From the NCBI RefSeq assembly GCF_042660085.1, contig NZ_JBHSTI010000008.1, forward strand, positions 60,001 through 92,000: DNA of 32,000 bases. Direction: 5' to 3'. Under the pieces are notes generated by a model. That model ran no database searches and was not told the DNA's origin. It saw only the letters and a list, made by a program, of their open reading frames with translations. The translations under genes were made by a program, and so were the position numbers. The stretch is from Longivirga aurantiaca. GTDB lineage: Bacteria; Actinomycetota; Actinomycetes; S36-B12; CAIYMF01. Shown one piece after another: positions 26,216-32,000 of the stretch. The stretch's first letter is position 1. Each line of letters begins with the position of its first letter.

Positions 26216-27081
26216 GCGGCGAGACGCGGGTGGTGCAGTCGCGCACCTCGCTCCGGGCCGCGTACGCCGGCCTCCCGGCCGGCACCAAGCGCGTGCTCGT
26301 GCCGACGATGGGCGCGCTGCACGACGGGCACGCCGCGCTCATGCGCGCGGGTCGGGTGCTCGCTGGCCCCGGTGGCCACGTCACGGCGTCGATCTTCGTG
26401 AACCCCACGCAGTTCGGCGCGAACGAGGACCTCGCGAGGTACCCGCGATCGCTCGAGGCCGACGTCGACGTCTGCGCGGGCGAGGGCGTCGACCTCGTCT
26501 TCGCGCCGAACGTCGAGGGCATCTACCGCGGCGGCGACCCGCTCGTCACGGTCGACCCGGGCGCGATGGGCACGCTGCTCGAAGGAGCCGTGCGTCCCGG
26601 TCACTTCCGCGGAGTGCTCACGGTGGTGCAGAAGCTGCTGCACCTCACGAGCGCAGACGTGGTGCTGCTCGGCGAGAAGGACTACCAGCAGCTCGTGCTC
26701 GTGAAGCGCATGGTCTTCGACCTCGACCTGCCGGTGGAGGTCGTCGGCGTGCCGACCGTGCGGGCCGACGACGGGCTCGCGCTGTCGAGCCGCAACGCCT
26801 ATCTCAGCGCCGACGAGCGCCACCTCGCACTCACCGTGCCGCATGCGCTCGACGTCGGGTCCGGCGTCGCACGGTCCGGCGGCACCGCGCGCGACGTCGT
26901 GTCGGCTGTGCAGTCGTTCCTCGACGAGCACGACGGCATCGTCACCGACTACGCCGTCGTCACCGACCCGATGCTAGGCGCGCCCCCCGAGCAGGGCGAG
27001 GCCCGGCTGCTGCTCGCCGTGCGCATCGGCACCACACGGTTGCTCGACAACATCCGCATCTCGATCGGCGGCCACGCGTGA
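26212..27081 (+). CDS. panC: Pantoate--beta-alanine ligase
   Basis: ATGA overlap with the upstream gene. PTMGALHDGHAALM (HxGH), GHFRGVLTVV and LSSRN motifs are present. Confidence 0.95.
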   Translation: MSGETRVVQSRTSLRAAYAGLPAGTKRVLVPTMGALHDGHAALMRAGRVLAGPGGHVTASIFVNPTQFGANEDLARYPRSLEADVDVCAGEGVDLVFAPNVEGIYRGGDPLVTVDPGAMGTLLEGAVRPGHFRGVLTVVQKLLHLTSADVVLLGEKDYQQLVLVKRMVFDLDLPVEVVGVPTVRADDGLALSSRNAYLSADERHLALTVPHALDVGSGVARSGGTARDVVSAVQSFLDEHDGIVTDYAVVTDPMLGAPPEQGEARLLLAVRIGTTRLLDNIRISIGGHA

Positions 27082-28748
27082 TCCGGCTCCCGCGGCGCCT
27101 CGCCGCGTCCGCGCCAGGATGGACGATCGAGGTCGACGTCGTGGTCGTCGGGTCCGGCGTCGCGGGCCTGACCACCGCGCTGCACGCGCGTGCCGCGGGC
27201 TACCGCGTGCTCATCGTGACCAAGGCCCAGGTGGACGAGGGCTCGACCCGGTGGGCGCAGGGCGGTATCGCCGCTGCGCTCTCGCCCGACGACTCGCCCG
27301 CCGAGCACGAGGTCGACACCCTCGTCGCCGGTGCGGGCCTCTGCGATCCCGGAGCCGTGCACGCGCTCGTGACCGAGGGGCCCGACGCCGTACGACGCCT
27401 CATCGCGCTCGGCGCGCGCTTCGACACCGACGAGAGCGGCGACATCGCCCTCACCCGCGAGGGCGGGCACCTGCGCGACCGCATCGCGCACGCGGGCGGC
27501 GACGCCACGGGCGCGGAGATCTCGCGTGCTCTCGTCGCTGCGGTGGCGGGCAGGGCCGGCATCCGCGTGATCGAGAACGCGCTCGCGCTCGACCTGCTCG
27601 TCGACGACCACGGTGCCGCCCAGGGCCTGACCCTGCACGTGATGGGCGAGGGACAGCACGACGGTGTCGGCGCCGTGCTCGCACCGGCCGTCGTCCTCGC
27701 GACCGGCGGGCTCGGCCAGGTCTTCAGCCTGTCGACCAACCCGGCCGTCGCGACCGGCGACGGCGTCGCGGTCGCCCTGCGCGCGGGTGCCGCGGTGGCC
27801 GACCTCGAGTTCGTGCAGTTCCACCCCACGGTCCTCTGGACCGGCACCGGTGCCGAGGGGCAGCAGCCACTCGTGAGCGAGGCCGTGCGCGGCGAGGGCG
27901 CGGTGCTGCGCGACGACGCCGGGGTCGCGTTCATGCAGGGGCAGCACCCGCTCGCCGACCTCGCCCCGCGCGACGTCGTGGCGAAGGCGATCATGCGCCG
28001 CATGCGCGAGACGGGCGCCAAGCACGTGTGGCTCGATGCCCGCGAGTTCGGCACCGAGATGTGGGAGAGGCGGTTCCCCACGATCCTCGCCTCGCTCCGC
28101 GAGATCGGCGTCGACCCGAGCAAGGAGCTCATCCCCGTCGCACCGGCGCAGCACTACGCGTCGGGCGGTGTGCGCACCGACGCCTACGGGCGCTCGTCGG
28201 TCCGCGGCCTGTACGCCGTGGGCGAGTGCGCCTGCACCGGCGTCCACGGCGCCAACCGGCTCGCGTCCAATTCGCTCCTCGAGGGGCTCGTCTTCGCATC
28301 GCGGATCGGCGACGTCCTCGCCGAGGGTCTGCCCGAGCGCCGCGACCCGGTCGCACCGAGCGCGGACGGCGTGCTCATGAGCGAGGCCGCCCGCCGCTCG
28401 ATCCAGGTCGCGATGACCGAGGGCGTGGGCGTGCTGCGCTCGCGCGACTCGATGTCGACCACGCTCGGCGTCCTCGACGCCCTCGCGTCCAGCGTCACCG
28501 GCGACCCGCGCACCAAGGCGTGGGAGACCACCAACCTCCACGCTGTGGCCACCGTGCTCGCCGCGAACGCCAAGATGCGCAAGGAGACCCGCGGGTCGCA
28601 CTGGCGCGAGGACTACCCCGACACTGACGACGCCAGCTGGCACGTGCGGCTCGTGTCGCGGCTCGACGACGACGGCGTGCTCGTGACCGTGCGCGAGGAC
28701 GTGCCGCAGCCGGATGAGGGCGTGAAGGAGGAGCAGGCATGGGCCTGA
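27078..28748 (+). CDS. nadB: L-aspartate oxidase
   Basis: GTG at 27078 overlaps the panC stop (GTGA). FAD fold DVVVVGSGVAGL, WAQGGIAA, ATGG, EFVQFHPT and GANRLASNSLLEGLVF motifs are present. Confidence 0.93.
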   Translation: MIRLPRRLAASAPGWTIEVDVVVVGSGVAGLTTALHARAAGYRVLIVTKAQVDEGSTRWAQGGIAAALSPDDSPAEHEVDTLVAGAGLCDPGAVHALVTEGPDAVRRLIALGARFDTDESGDIALTREGGHLRDRIAHAGGDATGAEISRALVAAVAGRAGIRVIENALALDLLVDDHGAAQGLTLHVMGEGQHDGVGAVLAPAVVLATGGLGQVFSLSTNPAVATGDGVAVALRAGAAVADLEFVQFHPTVLWTGTGAEGQQPLVSEAVRGEGAVLRDDAGVAFMQGQHPLADLAPRDVVAKAIMRRMRETGAKHVWLDAREFGTEMWERRFPTILASLREIGVDPSKELIPVAPAQHYASGGVRTDAYGRSSVRGLYAVGECACTGVHGANRLASNSLLEGLVFASRIGDVLAEGLPERRDPVAPSADGVLMSEAARRSIQVAMTEGVGVLRSRDSMSTTLGVLDALASSVTGDPRTKAWETTNLHAVATVLAANAKMRKETRGSHWREDYPDTDDASWHVRLVSRLDDDGVLVTVREDVPQPDEGVKEEQAWA

Positions 28749-29647
28749 GCAGCGGAGTGGTCGCGGCCCTCGAGGACGCCGGCCTCGACCCGGCCTACGT
28801 CGAGGCGCTCGTGCGCGCCACGGTGGCGGAGGACCTCGACGGCGGAGTCGACGTCACGTCGGCCGCGACGGTGCCGGCCGACCAGCGCTCGACCCTCGAC
28901 CTGGTCGTGCGCGGCACCGGTGTCTCGGCGGGTGCGCCCGTCGCTGCGGCAGTCTTCGACGCGGTGTCCGACGGCGACGCCACGGTGTCGGTCGTGACGC
29001 CCGACGGCACGCGCGTGGGGCACGGCGACGTCCTCGTGACGGCACAGGGCCGCACCCGCGACTTGCTCACCGCGGAGCGCACCGCGCTCAACCTGCTCTG
29101 CCACCTGTCGGGCGTCGCGACGGCGACCGCGCTGTGGGCCGACGCGCTCGAGGGCACCGGCGCGAAGGTGCGCGACACCCGCAAGACCACGCCGGGGCTG
29201 CGCGTGCTCGAGAAGTACGCCGTGCGCTGCGGCGGCGGCGTCAACCACCGCATGTCCCTGTCCGACGCCGCGCTCGTCAAGGACAACCACGTCGTCGCGG
29301 CGGGCGGTGTGGCCGCTGCGTTCGAGGCCGTGCGCGCGATGTTCCCCGGCCTCGCCGTCGAGGTGGAGGTCGACTCCCTCGGCCAGCTCACCGAGGTGCT
29401 CGACGCCGGTGCCGACCTCGTGCTGCTCGACAACTTCAAGCCCGACCAGATGCGGCTCGCGGTCGGCATCGCCCGCGAGCACGCCCTCGCCCACGGCCAC
29501 GAGCGCGCCCTGCTCGAGGCGTCCGGCGGCCTCACCCTCCCCGACGCCGCCGAGGTCGGTGCCACCGGCGTCGACTACATCGCGGTCGGGGCGCTCACCC
29601 ACTCCGCTCCCGTGCTCGACGTCGGAGCCGACCTCAGACCCCTGTAG
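28739..29647 (+). CDS. nadC: Nicotinate-nucleotide pyrophosphorylase (carboxylating) / quinolinate phosphoribosyltransferase
   Basis: ATG at 28739 overlaps nadB by 10 nt, with GAAGGAGGAG upstream. AERTALNLL, DTRKTTPGLR, KYAVRCGGG.NHR and MLDNF-like (LLDNF) motifs are present. Confidence 0.93.
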   Translation: MGLSSGVVAALEDAGLDPAYVEALVRATVAEDLDGGVDVTSAATVPADQRSTLDLVVRGTGVSAGAPVAAAVFDAVSDGDATVSVVTPDGTRVGHGDVLVTAQGRTRDLLTAERTALNLLCHLSGVATATALWADALEGTGAKVRDTRKTTPGLRVLEKYAVRCGGGVNHRMSLSDAALVKDNHVVAAGGVAAAFEAVRAMFPGLAVEVEVDSLGQLTEVLDAGADLVLLDNFKPDQMRLAVGIAREHALAHGHERALLEASGGLTLPDAAEVGATGVDYIAVGALTHSAPVLDVGADLRPL

Positions 29648-29704
29648 ATCCCCGACGACGGCGTCCCACCCGCGCGGGGGGCGACCACGAACCAGGAGAC
29701 CCGC

Positions 29705-30459
<755 letters not shown>

Positions 30460-30463
<4 letters not shown>

Positions 30464-31209
30464 GGGCGCGTCCAGCGGTACGTCGCCGTCACGTACGGGA
30501 ACTCGACCACGGCGCGGCCGCGCGTCTGCGGGTGCGTGGCCATGAGCTCGCGCACCGCGGCGTACAGGTCGTCGGCGTCCTCGCGCAGGTAGACGTAGGA
30601 GTACGTCGAGACCAGGCCGACCACCTGGTCGGGGGTCATGAGCACGGTGTGCGGGATGTCGGCGCGCACGACTCCGGGGTGCACGGCGTCGATCGCCTCG
30701 AACGCCTCCGTGCGGTTGGAGCGGAACGAGTCGCCGCCGTCGACGATGTCCGACAGCGCATCCATCCACGGCACGCGGGTGTCGCGGGTGTTCCAGACCA
30801 GCACGACGACGCCGCCTGGGCGCAGCACGCGCGTGAACTCCGCGGCAGCGGCCGGCGCGTCGAACCAGTGCCAGGCCTGGGCCGCGGTGACGGCGTCCAA
30901 CGACGCATCCGGTAGCGGGAGGGACTCGGCCGGCGCCTGGGCGCGCAGCACGCCGGGCAGGGCCGCGCCGAGCTGCTCGAGCATCCCGGCGTCGGGCTCG
31001 TAGGCGCGGACGTCGAGCCCGAGATCGACCAGCGAACGGGTGAGCAGGCCGGTGCCCGCGCCGACGTCGGCGACGTCGCGGACCGTGCGCGTGGCGCCGT
31101 GCAGGCCCCAGACGAGGGCGTACGCCGGGTAGCCCGGGCGCAGGGCGTCGTACCGGTCGGCCGAGGCCCCGAAGGAGAGGCGGCGGTCGGCGTAGCTGGG
31201 CTCGGTCAC
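30460..31209 (-). CDS. Class I SAM-dependent methyltransferase (Methyltransf_11-like)
   Basis: 249 aa. Motif [13 protein letters not shown] and AAQAWHWFD are typical of this family. The start is GTG at 31209. Its stop shares the CTAG tetramer with the coaX stop. Confidence 0.8.
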
Positions 31210-31217
31210 GCCGCGAC

Positions 31218-31254
31218 GTTATCCCTGCGAAGCGCGCTTCGGGGCCCCGATAAC
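31218..31254. promoter_or_regulatory. Nested palindromes in the 54-bp divergent methyltransferase / lysS intergenic region
   Basis: GTTATC (31218-31223) pairs with GATAAC (31249-31254). These enclose the perfect 14-bp palindrome CGAAGCGCGCTTCG (31228-31241) and GGGGCCCC (31241-31248). Confidence 0.3.
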
Positions 31255-31263
31255 CTTGCGCGC

Positions 31264-32000
31264 ATGACTGACCAGCCCGCCGTGCCCGTCGATGCCGAGG
31301 ACGACCTCCCCGAGCAGATCCGGGTCCGCCGGGACAAGCGCCAGCGCCTCCTCGACTCCGGCCAGGACGCCTACCCCGTCTCGGTGCCGCGCACGCACTC
31401 CATCGCCGACGTCCGAGCGGCCCACCCCGGTCTCGAGCCCGACACCGCCACCGGCGAGATCGTCTCGGTCGCCGGTCGCGTGATCTTCGTGCGCAACACC
31501 GGCAAGCTCTGCTTCGCCACCCTGCGCGCCGGCGGCGGCGCCGAGATCCAGGCGATGCTCTCGCTCGACAAGGTGGGCGAGGACCGCCTCGCGGCGTGGA
31601 AGTCCGACGTCGACCTCGGTGACCACGTCAGCGTGACCGGCGAGGTCATCACATCGCGCCGCGGCGAGCTCTCGATCCTGGCCGACTCGTGGCTGCTCGC
31701 GGCGAAGACGCTGCGTCCGCTCCCGGTCGAGCACAAGCCGCTCGCGGAGGAGACCCGTGTGCGGCAGCGGTACGTCGACCTCGTCGTCCGCCCTCAGGCC
31801 CGCGAGGTCGCGCGCCTGCGCATCGCGGTGGTCGCCTCGCTGCGCGAGAGCTTCGCGCGCCGTGGCTTCCTCGAGGTCGAGACGCCGATGCTGCAGACGC
31901 TGCACGGTGGCGCCACCGCCCGGCCGTTCGTCACGCACTCCAACGCCTTCGACATGGACCTCTACCTGCGCATCGCGCCCGAGCTGTTCCTCAAGCGCTG
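31264..32000 (+). CDS. lysS: Lysine--tRNA ligase (class II), 3'-truncated by the window edge
   Basis: This gene is absent from the ORF track because no stop is reached. ATG at 31264 opens a frame that runs to the window end. The translation includes an OB-fold segment ([21 protein letters not shown]...[10 protein letters not shown]), then RQRYVDL and motif 1/2 sequences ([10 protein letters not shown]...[25 protein letters not shown]). Confidence 0.92.
   Translation, partial: MTDQPAVPVDAEDDLPEQIRVRRDKRQRLLDSGQDAYPVSVPRTHSIADVRAAHPGLEPDTATGEIVSVAGRVIFVRNTGKLCFATLRAGGGAEIQAMLSLDKVGEDRLAAWKSDVDLGDHVSVTGEVITSRRGELSILADSWLLAAKTLRPLPVEHKPLAEETRVRQRYVDLVVRPQAREVARLRIAVVASLRESFARRGFLEVETPMLQTLHGGATARPFVTHSNAFDMDLYLRIAPELFLKR

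Noticed and set aside
31219-31938. 239-aa minus-strand ORF covering the right end of the window
   Set aside because: It is the antisense shadow of lysS. The plus frame from ATG 31264 gives an unmistakable class II lysyl-tRNA synthetase sequence but was not listed because it has no stop inside the window.

Overview
This window is very GC-rich (roughly 70% or more by eye), with the codon and third-position GC bias of a high-GC actinobacterium. The backbone is the conserved housekeeping block that, from memory, matches the M. tuberculosis Rv3628c to Rv3598c gene order. It runs ppa, dacB, a Zn-metalloprotease, tilS and hpt. Next comes a tightly coupled ftsH-folE-folP-folB-folK-DUF3180 chain, then a YdbS/YdbT-like bPH_2 membrane pair. 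It ends with a DUF2520-panC-nadB-nadC-coaX operon and lysS. A 5'-truncated amylosucrase-like GH13 gene sits at the left edge. Two mixed-orientation accessory segments interrupt the backbone. The first (about 11.1-18.3 kb) carries an OmpR-type two-component system, a secreted acidic low-complexity protein, a Pro-rich coiled-coil protein, a stand-alone cNMP-binding domain, a hemerythrin, and an orphan NuoD-like protein. The second (about 20.3-25.2 kb) carries a solo MalG-type ABC permease, a VOC protein, a DUF222-HNH (REP13E12-like) gene and a MidA-type methyltransferase. I found no rRNA, tRNA or CRISPR array, and no recognisable defence or secondary-metabolite system. The most interesting signals are small-scale. 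Two intergenic copies of a tandem GTTCACC 11-nt direct repeat resemble a PHO box. An 11-nt-phased CTTGGACG repeat lies in the two-component-system promoter. An SOS-box-like palindrome covers the HNH gene start codon. A palindromic repeat family sits at two convergent gene ends. The orphan NuoD paralog has the quinone-binding Tyr replaced by Trp. All functional calls rest on by-eye motif and homology recognition, and no searches were run.
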